Position numbers and translations under genes: made by a program. DNA of 63,683 bases, counting the filler, from Octopus bimaculoides (lineage: Eukaryota): the NCBI RefSeq assembly GCF_001194135.2. It is 5 parts of 4 records of this genome, joined end to end, with 100 filler letters (N's around TTAATTAATTAA, not from the genome) between each part and the next. Parts side by side here need not be neighbours in the genome. Positions count along the whole stretch, not along the records: positions 1 to 18,552 come from NC_068997.1; positions 18,653 to 50,067 come from NC_068988.1; 3 more parts are not named here. One strand, written 5' to 3'. How positions within the stretch are numbered: the stretch's first letter is position 1; each line of letters starts with the position of its first letter. The notes under the pieces are model-generated. The model searched no databases. It was not told the origin of the DNA and saw only the letters and a program-made list of their open reading frames with translations. Shown piece after piece: positions 12,919 to 25,430 of the stretch.

Positions 12919-14000
12919 AGTCGGTCAGGAATAGGCGGAATTTTGCAATTCTTCAAAATATATTTATACTTATGCGTGCAACCACTGAAAATGTCCGACC
13001 TGGAGTTCAATAGAGAGTTAGGGATCTTAGATCTGAATAGGATCTACGCTCTTTCAGCCAAACAAAGTCTATATTCACATAAGGTATAGATTTCTCAATT
13101 CCTTTCTACTTAATCACATGTGATGTTTGGTTATCTTTCAAAATCCATACGTTGCTAGCCAACTTAGTAGTTTTACATTTGTCCCTATGTCAGAACGAGG
13201 CTGAGCTTGGCATAGCGGTTTTTAAATTCACCTTCGGATAATCCAATATAGGTCTTCTCATCAGTTGTATTATTATTTAAGATTGCAGTAAGTTCTGCCT
13301 CATATATCATAGATCCAGTCATACATCGTTGGTCACGTGGACAGGATCCTGGCTCGCGACAGTTGCAACTGGATTCAGGTTCTTGGTATTGATTGCGTGT
13401 AATGATATTCTTCACATTGGGGCAGCAAATATATGATAGTTTCACAGAACGCCTTTTAAATGTTTTCCTCTATCAGTGAGAGGCTGGAAAGTGTTCTCCT
13501 AACAGAGACAGGAAAATTTTACTAATGTTAGTTTTTATATTAATAATTTTCCTTGCCCTATTTTTAGGTTTCTTATTATCCTGATTAATACTAGAGTGGT
13601 TATGTACGACTTTATCATTGATGCCACTAGATCTATTATTAATATTTTGATTATCATTAGAGGGATTATATATCAATTTATCTTTGAAGCCATTATTGGC
13701 TAAGGTCTTGTNNNNNNNNNNNNNNNNNNNNNNNNNNNNNNNNNNNNNNNNNNNNNNNNNNNNNNNNNNNNNNNNNNNNNNNNNNNNNNNNNNNNNNNNN
13801 NNNNNNNNNNNNNNNNNNNNNNNNNNNNNNNNNNNNNNNNNNNNNNNNNNNNNNNNNNNNNNNNNNNNNNNNNNNNNNNNNNNNNNNNNNNNNNNNNNNN
13901 NNNNNNCGTGTTGTCTTTTCAAATTTCTCTACTTCATTGTAACGTGTTGAACACGTTACAATGAAGTAGAGAAATTTGAAAAGACAACACGAAACCGGTT
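12918..14000 (-). mobile_element. Penelope-like element (linker plus GIY-YIG endonuclease), interrupted by a gap
   Basis: ORFs 13473-13922 and 13185-13445: KTNISKIFLSLLGEHFP...SYICCPNVKNII...CNCREPGSC...MIYEAELTAILNNNTTDEKTYIGLSEGEFKNRY. Frameshifted continuation ...IKWK...CLAE...LNSRSDIFSGC.H; the 3' end abuts (TA)n. Confidence 0.9.
13907..13991. repeat. Perfect 85-bp palindrome (42-bp arms, 1-nt spacer)
   Basis: CGTGTTGTCTTTTCAAATTTCTCTACTTCATTGTAACGTGTT-G-AACACGTTACAATGAAGTAGAGAAATTTGAAAAGACAACACG, checked base by base; it starts at a gap edge. Confidence 0.9.
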
Positions 14001-14889
14001 ATTTCTCAAAATACAATGTTTATATACCAAAAAGATTTTATAACATTTTTCTAACATTTTTCTGACATAATTTAAATATATACTTTAACCATGTAACACA
14101 AGCCTTCTGTAGTTTTTTCACTCTTATTATCTTTTATATATATATATATATATATGCAGACATGCAAGAAATGAAAAGAAAAACTGTTGATGTACAAGTG
14201 TTAATGCAAATAGGACAAAAATTGCGAAAATTAATTGAAAAAAATCATGATTATGACAAGGTTTTCCACTTTCGCTTCTTTAGGTACTTGGGGCTTAACA
14301 ATAATCCTACATTGATTTTATAGCTGAATCAGCTTACCATTCAGAAGTCGAAACTATTTTCATAATAAACTGCTAATATGGCTTTCGAGATGGAAGTTAC
14401 CTTTGATGCAATGAGCACAAATGAATTATTATGGATGTAAAGTGTGATAAATGAAAGAGGTGCATATTGAAGAACTTAAAAAGTTCAAGAAAAGTAAAAA
14501 TAAAATGAAATGTAAAAAGCATTCGAGATATAAAATGAAGGGAACATAAAGGCCGGGCGACAGAAAAGTAAACAATAAGAAGAGAAATGTTTAGGAGTAA
14601 CTCTGAGATAGAGTTTTACGAAACTGTGTTAACGATATAATTGAAGAATAAAGGAAAGAGAAAGAGATATAATTATAGAAAAGGAGAAGGAAAAGCGTCC
14701 GATTATTTCAGATGGAATTTTAGATGAAAATGATATCAACGGTGTAGGGGAGAAAGTGAGAGTGAGAGAGAAAGAGAGAGCGAGAGAGAAAGAAAGAGAG
14801 AGCAAGAGAGAGCGAACGGGAATGTGTAAGAGTGCACGAATAAGGAGAGCGAAAACGTGTGAGAGCAGAAGAACAAGGGACAGAGCTAA

Positions 14890-14922
<33 letters not shown>

Positions 14923-15277
14923 AGGAGGGTGGGAGAGAGAGAGAGAGAGAGAAGGAGGGTGGGAGAGAAAGAGAGAGAAGGAGGGTGGGAGAGAAAGAGA
15001 GAGAGAGAGAAAAAGAGAGCAAGAGGGAGACAGACAGAGAGAAAGTGAGTGACAGTAAACTTAAATAAGATTGTGAGTGATAGGAAATATGATTGATGCG
15101 ATCATTTGAAAGTATTAAATATATTAAAATGTAATGACATCAAATTAGATATAATATAAGAACAGTAGTATGGTGTAATGGAGCGAAAATATGGGAGAAA
15201 TACCTGCATGGGATTCCTTCCTGTAGTTAATTCTATTTAATACAGCTAAATGATGGCATTACATATTCGCTATATGC

Positions 15278-15360
<83 letters not shown>

Positions 15361-15380
15361 ACATATATATATATATATAA

Positions 15381-15725
15381 ATCTTTTATCTTTCATTGTT
15401 TACGTTTCAGTCATTCGACTGCAGCCATCCAGCACGGACTCGAAGAATTTTAGTTGAACAAATTGACCACAGTACTTATTTTTACCTTAAGCCTGGTACT
15501 TATTCTATCGGTTCTTTTTGCTGAACCGATAAGTTACAGATACGCAAACACACAAACAGATTGTCAAGCGACAGTAGAGAACACACACACGACGGGCTTC
15601 TGAGTTTCCGTTTACTAAATCCATTCACAAGGCTATAACAAAAAGCACACGCCCAAGGTGACATGCAGTGGGACTGCACCCGCAGCCATGTAGTTGGGAA
15701 ACGTCTTACCCCACAGCCACACCTA
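15381..15725 (-). mobile_element. tRNA-derived SINE family B, near full length
   Basis: Head GTGGCTGTGGGGTAAGACG...CAGTCCCACTGCATGTCACCTTGGG, body GAATGGATTTAGTAAACGGAAACT, tail GTCGAATGACTGAAACG...AAAGATAAAAGAT. Confidence 0.85.
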
Positions 15726-15728
15726 TAT

Positions 15729-16010
15729 ATCATGGCTCTCCGTCGGTTACGACGACCAGGGTTCCAGCTGATTTGATCAACGGAACAGCCTGCTCGTGAC
15801 ACAGAGTGTGACAAGGCTGGCCCCTTTGAATTACAGGTACAACAGAAGCAAGAAGAAAGTGAGAGAATGTTGTGGTGAAAGAGTACAGCAGGGTTCGCCA
15901 CTCCCCGCTGCCGGAGCCTCATGGTGCTTTAGGTGTTTTCGCGCAAACACTCTGGGAATCGAAACCGTGATTTTACGACCACGAGTCCACTGGGCCATTG
16001 CGACTCCACA
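15729..16010 (-). mobile_element. Second SINE family (C), decayed
   Basis: tRNA-like head with B-box-like GGTTTCGATTCCC and tail GAGCAGGCTGTTCCGTTGATC...CGTCGTAACCGACGG; assigned from recalled family sequence. Confidence 0.55.
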
Positions 16011-16836
16011 CACATATATATTAAGTTGCGGGATTTGCTGTAAACTGTAAAGCTGTACTACCATCACAAAAGTATCATCACAAGTTTTGGTTGCTTAAAT
16101 TAATACATTTAAATAGCAACAATTNNNNNNNNNNNNNNNNNNNNNNNNNNNNNNNNNNNNNNNNNNNNNNNNNNNNNNNNNNNNNNNNNNNNNNNNNNNN
16201 NNNNNNNNNNNNNNNNNNNNNNNNNNNNNNNNNNNNNNNNNNNNNNNNNNNNNNNNNNNNNNNNNNNNNNNNNNNNNNNNNNNNNNNNNNNNNNNNNNNN
16301 NNNNNNNNNNNNNNNNNNNNNNNNNNNNNNNNNNNNNNNNNNNNNNNNNNNNNNNNNNNNNNNNNNNNNNNNNNNNNNNNNNNNNNNNNNNNNNNNNNNN
16401 NNNNNNNNNNNNNNNNNNNNNNNNNNNNNNNNNNNNNNNNNNNNNNNNNNNNNNNNNNNNNNNNNNNNNNNNNNNNNNNNNNNNNNNNNNNNNNNNNNNN
16501 NNNNNNNAACAAACATAAAATCGGGCAACTAAAAATTACAAAAGCGAATGATAATTGTAGAAGAAAAATTAAAATAAAATGATAATGCGCAAGAATGAAA
16601 AAATGAGGCGCAATGTCCACTCGACCCCCGAAGTCGGGTGGTTACATTTATCCAGTTTTTCACTTTTACTTTAACGGTTTTGCAACTAAAAAAATTGAAA
16701 TATTCTCGTTATTTTTTTCCCCCATTAAACACTGTTACTTCCGTTAGTGCGAGTCAGTTTGTGTGTTCGTGAAGAAGGCAAATATTATTGTTGAAGCGTC
16801 TCGCCCGTGCTGCTGTTGTTGTTCTTTTTTCCCCAG

Positions 16837-16953
16837 GTTGGGTGAAAGGAGGTCCCTCCGATATGGAGAACTACGCAAGGGCCGCTGCGGCGAAAACAGC
16901 CGCGTCACTTGAAGCTAAGCAAATTGATGTTAATATGGAGGAGGTTTTGAGAA
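16837..16953 (+). CDS. Internal coding exon (117 nt, phase 1-1) of an unidentified host gene: (G)WVKGGPSDMENYARAAAAKTAASLEAKQIDVNMEEVLR
   Basis: Strong acceptor GTTCTTTTTTCCCCAG|G, consensus donor AA|GTGAGT, open frame, length a multiple of 3, GC-rich non-repetitive island in AT-rich DNA. Confidence 0.72.
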
Positions 16954-17032
16954 GTGAGTAATGAATAAGAAAGGTGCTCCTCCAGCATGGTCGCTGTCAA
17001 ATAACTGAAACAAGTAAATGAATATGCATGTG

Positions 17033-17074
<42 letters not shown>

Positions 17075-17304
17075 AGAATATATACACACATATATGAGCA
17101 TATATACTTTCACTCACATATGTGTAGGTACACACACGCGTGCATACACAGAGGAGAAAGACTTCAACAAAGAGGCAGAGATTTGCATTGCGGAACACAT
17201 GAATATTTTAGCAGAAAACTCTCACAGATCTAACGAATGAATATTTCAACATCTATGAAGAGTTAGGGGGAAATATAGAGATAGATACATAGGGAACGAG
17301 AGAG

Positions 17305-17340
<36 letters not shown>

Positions 17341-18216
17341 CGAAAGAGGAAGGTGGTAAGAGAGAGAGAAAGCGAGAGAAGAGAGCGAAGTGTGTAAGTT
17401 AGAGATACAGAAAGAGAATGGATGCTTATCTTCTGCATGTAATCTTGAAATCGTGCATAACACTACAGACAACAAATATAAAGAAACATCCGTAAATAGA
17501 TTCCTAGGTGGACTTGCATCATAGGTAATAATTGCACAACGATCTCTGACATATTCTTAAATTTATGGCACACTCTCATGACCAAAGAGAATTTGGTTTA
17601 CAGTTTATATTTCTTCTAATAGTTTTACTTTGTTGGTGCAAGTGTGTGTGCGTGTGTGTGGATGCTTCCAAAGCGATGCACGCTTCATTTTGTGCAGCTA
17701 GAAAGATCAATGCATATGTAAATTTGAATGCACATTTCATTGCAATTCATTTGAAGCAGAACGACACACTGTTAAACTGATAAAGCGTACACTTTATTGC
17801 CGCAATCTATCGGGTGAGGTTTTTAGAGAACCTTTGAAATTCCCGCCCCACTCACGAAAATGGAAAAGCTTTCAGATAATAAATCTTCAATCTCTCTGTC
17901 CAATAAGCACTTGCTAGATGGACAGACGTGGTAACTAAATGTTGCTTGAATCAAGCTTCACGAAGAAGTTCAACATAATAGATGCTGTCGGTAACAGTGC
18001 TGAGTTAAGGGATAAGTAAAACCCTTAACTTGGAACGGTACTTAGAAAAATGTATACATAGCCAAATGTTATACATGACTTTACAAGTTTCTTAGAAGCA
18101 GAAAGTCTACCTCAAATTCATAAAATATTATAACACTTGCAAATGAAGTAGGATTTGAAAAAACCATAGCAAGATATGTTATCGTGAAAGTGCAGATAAT
18201 TTTTGACTCTTCCTCG

Positions 18217-18252
<36 letters not shown>

Positions 18253-18674
18253 CAATGTTAATTCTCTAAATGAAGTATTAACAGTAACTGCACGATAAAG
18301 TGTAGTATATTGCCACTTAAGTGTGGCTGACCCCTAGGGGTGGATGTTACTGTTGCTTTTAGCCCCAGGAGGACATCTCCTCCAGCTGGCTTATCGACAC
18401 ACGACTGTGTCCTGTTTGCCAAGGGAGTTATCCCTCTCACCACGACCAGCAGCACGAACGTATCCGGATTTCAGGGTTATTTCCCTTCTTCGGCGTTCGA
18501 CAGCTGATGACCTTGGTGAGAGAGAAAAACCTGGCAAAATCTTATATATATGNNNNNNNNNNNNNNNNNNNNNNNNNNNNNNNNNNNNNNNNNNNNTTAA
18601 TTAATTAANNNNNNNNNNNNNNNNNNNNNNNNNNNNNNNNNNNNNNNNNNNNGAAGAAAATTTGAAGAAAGAAG

Positions 18675-18744
<70 letters not shown>

Positions 18745-18746
<2 letters not shown>

Positions 18747-18960
18747 GTCCTGATGAAAAACAAGGCAGAGGCTCCCATGACTTCTGGTCTTAACTGATTG
18801 GAAGTGCTAATCTGTGCATGCTTTGTCTTGGTGTAAAAGATGGGCTACAGCAAATATTCGGCTCAATACACATTCTGCGTAATGCTTAACTGATTAAGGT
18901 CAAGCAATTAACATTACGCCTAACTTTTCCCTGAATTGTTTGGTTTACATTTGAAGTCTG
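18745..18960 (+). mobile_element. Interspersed repeat starting directly after (TAA)n, possibly an R4/Dong-type UTR
   Basis: AATGTCCTGATG...GGCAGAGGCTCCCATG...GATGGGCTACAGCAAATATT follows a TAA run; assignment recalled only. Confidence 0.3.
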
Positions 18961-19138
18961 CGAAGAAGCTTGTTTTCTGGTCTTTCAATGTGATAGCGGC
19001 TTATTATTACGTTAGGTATTGTGCTCTCTTTTCTTCTAAATTTGTTGCTAATTAATGTGTCACCCTGTTGGTTGGTTTGTATATGTCCAGGATTTCTTTT
19101 ACACACGCGCGTGTTCGCGCACACATCACACACACACA

Positions 19139-19192
<54 letters not shown>

Positions 19193-19358
19193 TCAACTAT
19201 ACTCGTTAGCAGGAGTGGTTGTTGTTAGGTGTAATTTTGTGTAGCATACAGATTTTGCGTTTTGTCTTGGTAATATGACATCTCTTTGGATTTTAAGACT
19301 TTATGTAGTTCAATCTGGAAGCTTTTTGTATAATTACAATTTTTTTAATCACGCCTAT

Positions 19359-20772
19359 TGTTATATCCTTACGCCTCCAATATCGTTGTATGGTTGATAT
19401 TGTGATGATAGATAAAGAATATACTGTAATAGTGTTATAATAATACAGAAGAGAAACAGTAGCAAACGCGTAACTAACCAACAATCAATATTTCCAACGC
19501 ACTAACTCGAACTGTAAATTGTACCTGGACTTCGAAGACCAAACTACGTACGAACTGCCGACTACGTAAAACCGCTACTATTTATATGTTGTGGTCCCAT
19601 CTATTCTCATCAGAGGGTGTCGTACTCTCGCCACAACATCTCCGCTTTTGAGATTTCGAGTTTCGAAGGAATACAGAAATTTTATTTATTATCATTATTT
19701 TTTAGTCCCTTTTTCACTTGGGCCTTATCTCAAGCTGTTCGGTCTGCTTCCGTTTTCTCATGCTGGCTCTACGGGACTCCATTACTGTCGGTGCTGGGAG
19801 ATCGAATACATAAAAAAATACTTCCATAGGAATTTCTCTCCGTTCTTCGCTATGTTACTTCTTTAGCTGATTTATGTGTCTCTTATTTTCCCAGCGTGGT
19901 CCTTTAATTTGATACATCATACTTCCTATTTTTTTGGTTACAAGGCCAACTTCCCAGCCTTCTTTACCATTTCTGTAGGTTTCAAAATGCATTTTATCTC
20001 CTTCGATATATTTCGTTGCATCTTTCGCATTTCCTTTACATCTTTTTTTTCTCTGGCAATAATTATCGAAGATCGATTTTATTCTTTTCACGAACATCAA
20101 CTCTGCGGGTGACTATCCTGAATTTGTACTTTGATTGGAGGTTACTCTATATACCGATAAGAATTTTGTTAGTGCTTCGTCATTAGTTAATTTGTTCCTA
20201 GCTTTTCTTAACGCTCTTTTGAAGATGTCCAGGAATCTCTCTACCTCCTCATTTGACCTCGGGTAGTAGGGTGGAGTGAAAATATGCTTTATCGCATGCA
20301 TTTTACAGAAGTTCTTATAGTAAGTGTCGTTCACCGGCCCAGCATAGTCGATATAAAACCTAGACCATGGGTACTCAGTCTCCGGTCACGGTTGATAATT
20401 TATCGGTGGGGCTTTGGTCGCGAGCGCACAACCGCGACAAGTTCTCACCAAATTTTCGATATCTTTGTCCATAGTCGGCCAATAGAGGTAGCTCCTCATC
20501 AGGTCATCAGGGCTTTCATCCTTGACATTGCCGTGTGTCCACTTTGGAACTGGTGCAATACACGTCTTTATAATGTAGTCGGCACTACAACTCATTGCGC
20601 ATACATCAGAATATCGTCGCATATTGAGAAACTACTCAACAGTTGTTGTTGTTGTAATATTTGCTTCTGCAACTCCTGTACCTGGAATTCGAAGACAAAT
20701 CTACGAATTGCGGACTACGTCAGACCGCTCTATTTGCATGTAGTGGTCCCGTCTATTCTCGTCGCTACAACA
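19359..20772 (-). mobile_element. Internally deleted Ty3/Gypsy LTR retrotransposon (partial 5' LTR, integrase remnant, PPT, 3' LTR)
   Basis: Integrase fragments MRSYLYWPTMDKDIENLVRTCRGC (Zn-binding), HIFTPPYYPRSNEEVERF (core) and a C-terminal segment. LTR copies 20677-20772 and 19359-19638 both start TGTTGT, with a PPT-like AAAAGCGGAGA, an ACA end and flanks CCTAT/CCTTT (5-bp TSD, one mismatch). Confidence 0.88.
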
Positions 20773-21002
20773 CCTTTGAAGTTTGCTTTGAAATTATTCT
20801 AGATCTTTAAGTTGATGCGGGTAAATGCTGGTAATAAACCCATTCGGGTACATCACTAATATCTGTCAAGGGTGGCATGCTTTTTGTTGCATACAGTTGA
20901 ATACATCTTCAATTTTTGGCACAGTCATTTCTAATTGCAATTGTAATATTTTTTGTCATGTTTATACATATGCGTGTGTCTGCGTGTGTATCTGTGTGTA
21001 AA

Positions 21003-21041
<39 letters not shown>

Positions 21042-21044
21042 GTG

Positions 21045-21092
<48 letters not shown>

Positions 21093-21147
21093 TTGAGCTA
21101 GTATTTCCTTGGATGAAACCATCCCTTCATGAGGTTAACACAACCTC

Positions 21148-21310
21148 TAATCGACCCCAGTATTTATATTTTTTAAAGCCTTATATTTATTCTATCAATC
21201 TTTTTCGCCGAACAGTTTGGCAAATGGTGATGAGCCACACACGCAAACACATGCACACACGCACACACACACACACACACAGATACACACACATATATAT
21301 ATAGTGTGTG

Positions 21311-21351
<41 letters not shown>

Positions 21352-21512
21352 GACAGGTTTCTTTCAGTTTCCGTCTACCAAATCCACTCACAGGGCTTTG
21401 GTTGACCCGAGGCTATAGTAAATAAAAGGCACTCACTCAAAGTGTTACGCAGTGGGACTGAACCCGGAACCATGTGGGTGGGAAATAAATTTCTTACCAC
21501 GCAGTCACGTCC
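21148..21512 (-). mobile_element. tRNA-derived SINE family B with internal microsatellite
   Basis: Head GTGACTGCGTGGTAAGAA...CCGGGTTCAGTCCCACTGCG; GAGTGGATTTGGTAGACGGAAACTGAAAGAA; internal (TA)n/(CA)n. Confidence 0.85.
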
Positions 21513-21900
21513 CTGCTTAAAATATGAATGTATATTAGATGTGAATCATTTGACAAACTGGAACACCTGGAGGCATCAGTAATTGCTAATAGATGAGGCC
21601 AGACTATGAACCTCGAACAATGTGAATGATAAGATAAGAAAAGATAAAACTCTGGCAGGAACAGCATAGAAATATTCAATTTTCCCTTCTATTAGTTTAT
21701 TTTAATTCACTTTTACTCTTCATATTTATTTTATATTCATATACACTTTTTGTTTATGTGTATAGCGAGTTACTTTTTATCAAATAGATTCCTATGAATT
21801 ATGAAATGATCAAAGATGATAGAGATGATTGATATATTTCGAAAATATGGCAGAAAAATAAACAGAATATAGGACGTGTGTGTGTGTGTGNNNNNNNNNN

Positions 21901-21943
<43 letters not shown>

Positions 21944-22209
21944 GGAGAAGGAAAGGAAGAAAATAGCTGAAACATCAAACCGCATTCCCTTCAAGGTTTG
22001 GTATTATTTAATTCATTATCTACACTGTTTTTTCTTCCTTCTAATTAGTAATTGATTTATTTCATTTGGAGTAGGCTAGGAATTCTGGAATCTGAAGTTT
22101 TGAAATGTTTCCCAAGCAAACTTAGAAGTGCTGTGTAAAAAAAAAATTATACTGTGATACATGTCATTATAAGCATCTCGTCCGACATATACACATATAT
22201 ACGTCTGCG

Positions 22210-22272
<63 letters not shown>

Positions 22273-23108
22273 GTCTGTCTGTCTGTCTGTCTGTCTATCC
22301 ATACATACACATATACTTGCACACATATATACAAACACACATACATACATGCATACATACATACATACATATACATACATATATGTATGAATGTATGTAT
22401 ACATGCATATATATATACACCACACACACACACACACACACACACATACATNNNNNNNNNNNNNNNNNNNNNNNNNNNNNNNNNNNNNNNNNNNNNNNNN
22501 NNNNNNNNNNNNNNNNNNNNNNNNNNNNNATATATATATGCATGTGTATGTGTGTACGTCTATATATGTATTCATTTTAAAGAGTGTATACCCATCCTTC
22601 TTAATCTTAACTTTCTTCGACAGCTTATATTCTTTATCATTTATGATCTAAATTATGTTATTTGCTCACGGTTAACTACAGCCAGCCCCATTAGCTGGTA
22701 CAACTCCAAACTTATCGTATCCTCTCTCAGTATACCAATGTACAACTAGCCTGAGCAAACATGCCAAGGAGGACTCAGTATATCTAGTATAATATCTTTT
22801 TCTACATGAAGTATCTGAAGTGACACAGGCTGCACTGATTGATGCAACACAACCAGATGCACAGTATCCAACCCCTATGCGACAGATGCAGGATGGGTTG
22901 AAACGATTGTCGTGCTGAGTAAAGATTCGAACTAAATCCATCTTTCGTTTCCTTTATCGACTATAAACTCAACAAACGCTACAGATTACCTAATTTAATG
23001 ACGTAAATCCTGTGAAAATTATATCGTTACTGCGGATGATATCAGGTAGACCAATCGGTGGAAGTTTTTTTAATTGATATACTAATAGGCATATGCCCAA
23101 AGTCCAAG

Positions 23109-23167
<59 letters not shown>

Positions 23168-24641
23168 ATATATGTATTGAATTTCTATACGTTGCTGTTC
23201 TCATATATTTTTATAAATTTTTCTCGCATAGTTTGCTTGTACATTAACATCCTAAATCCTTTAAGGGCATAGCAAGGCCTTAAAAGGGTCATCTTGAAGT
23301 TGAATGGTGTGTTCCGCTATTTTCTTTTTATTTTGGGAGGGGCGTAAATCCAATGTGAACTGATATAGATATTAACGCCAAAATCTGAATTTAACTGTTA
23401 TATTTATATTCTATCATTTAGGTGTTTGTATTTGTTTGCAACTAGCGTATCTTGTCCGTTTTTATTTTGAAATTGTGCTGTATTATAAGTATTGCATCCA
23501 TCATTTATCATCAGTTTCTGTAGGAAATTCTGTGGTATATAAGCGTGTTGTCTACTAATACTTTAATTGTATGGTTCTGGATGATGAATTTTAGTACGAA
23601 ATTGTTTTCGAGTTTTTCCTTTAATGCTCAATACGACGAGTAAGGCTATACGTCCACATATCTTGACTATAATGGAGCAATTCCAATACGCAACATTGCA
23701 CAACACAAAGCAAAATCACACAGGAAAACGTTAATGACAAACACACCTATACTTTAGATGTTATTCTGAATAATACTGCTTTTCGAATTGTTCGCACCAG
23801 ATAGTTTTCGCACTTAACCGTAGTCTCAAGTGACATACTTACGAAACACGAATTTTCTTTCTTCGAAACCTAGTCTTTATCCAGGCATCACCCTTTCTAA
23901 CTTTAGCAGTCGACTGATCAATGTCTTTTCAAAGAAACAGATCAAGACCTACATTATTTTGTTGTACAACATACATGTCTCTTCGAATGTTGCATTACTT
24001 TTCAGCTATTTATTTGATCGGATCTCACCAATTCTATACCAGCTACATCTATTGTTGTTCCTGTGTAGCCTATAATCGGCTCTTATTGAACAAATATCCT
24101 TTAATATCCTTTATTATTATTATTATTTATGTTTAACATCGACTAATTGCGTTTTTTAATAACGATCTTTTAGGATGGCTGGGTGTAATTTGAAGGAAAT
24201 TTGGCTGTTATTTTAAGGAGTTCTAACAACCATGCAGATACTGTTAGCAATAAATGTGATTCGATTCTAGTTCATCCGGGAGAGGCTATATTTGTGATCG
24301 AAACTATTCTCTTAGTCCTTTCCCTCTGCATAATCCGTATATTAAAATCCTACAACCTCAAACCCTGCACTGCTACCTTGGAGTTGTACTGCAGCAGTAC
24401 ATATAATAGTGACTACAACACAGAAGTGTTCGCATGAACAACAAGCCCAACTTGGGGGATTTTACTCTAAAGAGCCTTTGGTAAGAGGCTAATCAAACGA
24501 CTACCAATAAGTCAAAAGAAGCCGTCGTACATCACACAGCTTGCTGTCCAAATTGCACGAATACTTTGTCAAGATATTCTTCTTCAATACTGCTGAATAT
24601 TCTTATCAGTCAATCTTTAAATAATTTGTTTCTGTAACCCA

Positions 24642-25058
24642 TCAACAATGAGCAGTTCTGTGCATATAGTCACCCAATTCGCAGTTCGTTTTACTTTTAT
24701 CTTGGAACTCTATACACGCAAGCAACATAACTCGTTCCGAAATTGTCCTTTCCTTCACTTTACTTGTTTTAGATTCTAAGAAAGCAGCTACTCCGACTCC
24801 ACCAGTTGCTTGTTTATTTTTCACACTTCCAACTATTTTTGTCATCAAGTTTCTGTTGATGGAAACATCTTTTAAGAAACCTTTCGCTACATTGAGTCTA
24901 TTTTTATTCTCCATGACTACGTGTTTTATTTCCGAGTAACTAAGTACGTAAGAAACCAGTTCTTCGATGTCACACAGCCACGATGCCTCATCTTTAAGAA
25001 GTTCAATCAAAGCAATATTGTTCATGGCATCAACAAAACATTTGTTCATGTTTCGCAC
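24642..25058 (-). pseudogene. Unidentified 138-codon ORF within a decayed coding-like segment (~24230-25200)
   Basis: Stop-free, complex amino-acid composition, not microsatellite-derived; flanks give protein-like frames broken by stops and frameshifts. No family recognised. Confidence 0.4.
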
Positions 25059-25220
25059 AAGAACCTTTTAGTTAAATTGCTATCATAAGGTACTTTATCT
25101 TAGAGTGCAGGTTTTCTACCAGATCTTATGCAGTAGCCATTTTTCTCTTATTCAGATTCTGTCAAGTTTGGAGTACCCCAAGGTTTGTGCCTGTCACCCA
25201 CTCGCTTTCTTTTTTGCCTT

Positions 25221-25429
25221 GGTTGAAACGTTAGCACGCCGGACGAAATGCTTAGCGGTATTTCGTCGGTCTTTACGTTCTGAGTTCAAATTCTGCCGAG
25301 GTCAACTTTGCCTTTCATCCTTTAGGGGGGTCGATACATTAAGTACCAGTTGCGTACTGGGATCGATCTAATCGACTGGGCCCCCTTCCCCAAAATTTCG
25401 GGTCTTGTGCCTAGAGTAGAGAAGAATAT
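25221..25429 (+). mobile_element. tRNA-derived SINE family A
   Basis: GAAACGTTAGCACGCCGG...GAGTTCAAATTC (B-box)...TTGCCTTTCATCCTTT.GGGGTCGAT core; many copies in the window. Confidence 0.9.
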
Positions 25430-25430
25430 C

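Noticed and set aside
16617-16641. GC-rich 9-bp hairpin CCACTCGAC/GTCGGGTGG, Helitron-end-like
   Set aside because: No CTRR terminus at the expected distance and no second copy in the window.
18597-18608. TTAATTAATTAA islands inside N runs (also at ~50112, ~57892 and ~61706)
   Set aside because: An identical 12-mer with stops in all six frames, embedded between N blocks: a scaffolding spacer, not biology.
24985-25075. B-box-like CAKHEQMFC*CHEQYCFD in an alternate frame
   Set aside because: That frame has dense stops while the overlapping frame is open for 138 codons; probably coincidental.
25221-25310. tRNA-like A/B boxes in SINE heads
   Set aside because: No cloverleaf or anticodon arm can be closed, and they continue into SINE bodies; no true tRNA gene was called.
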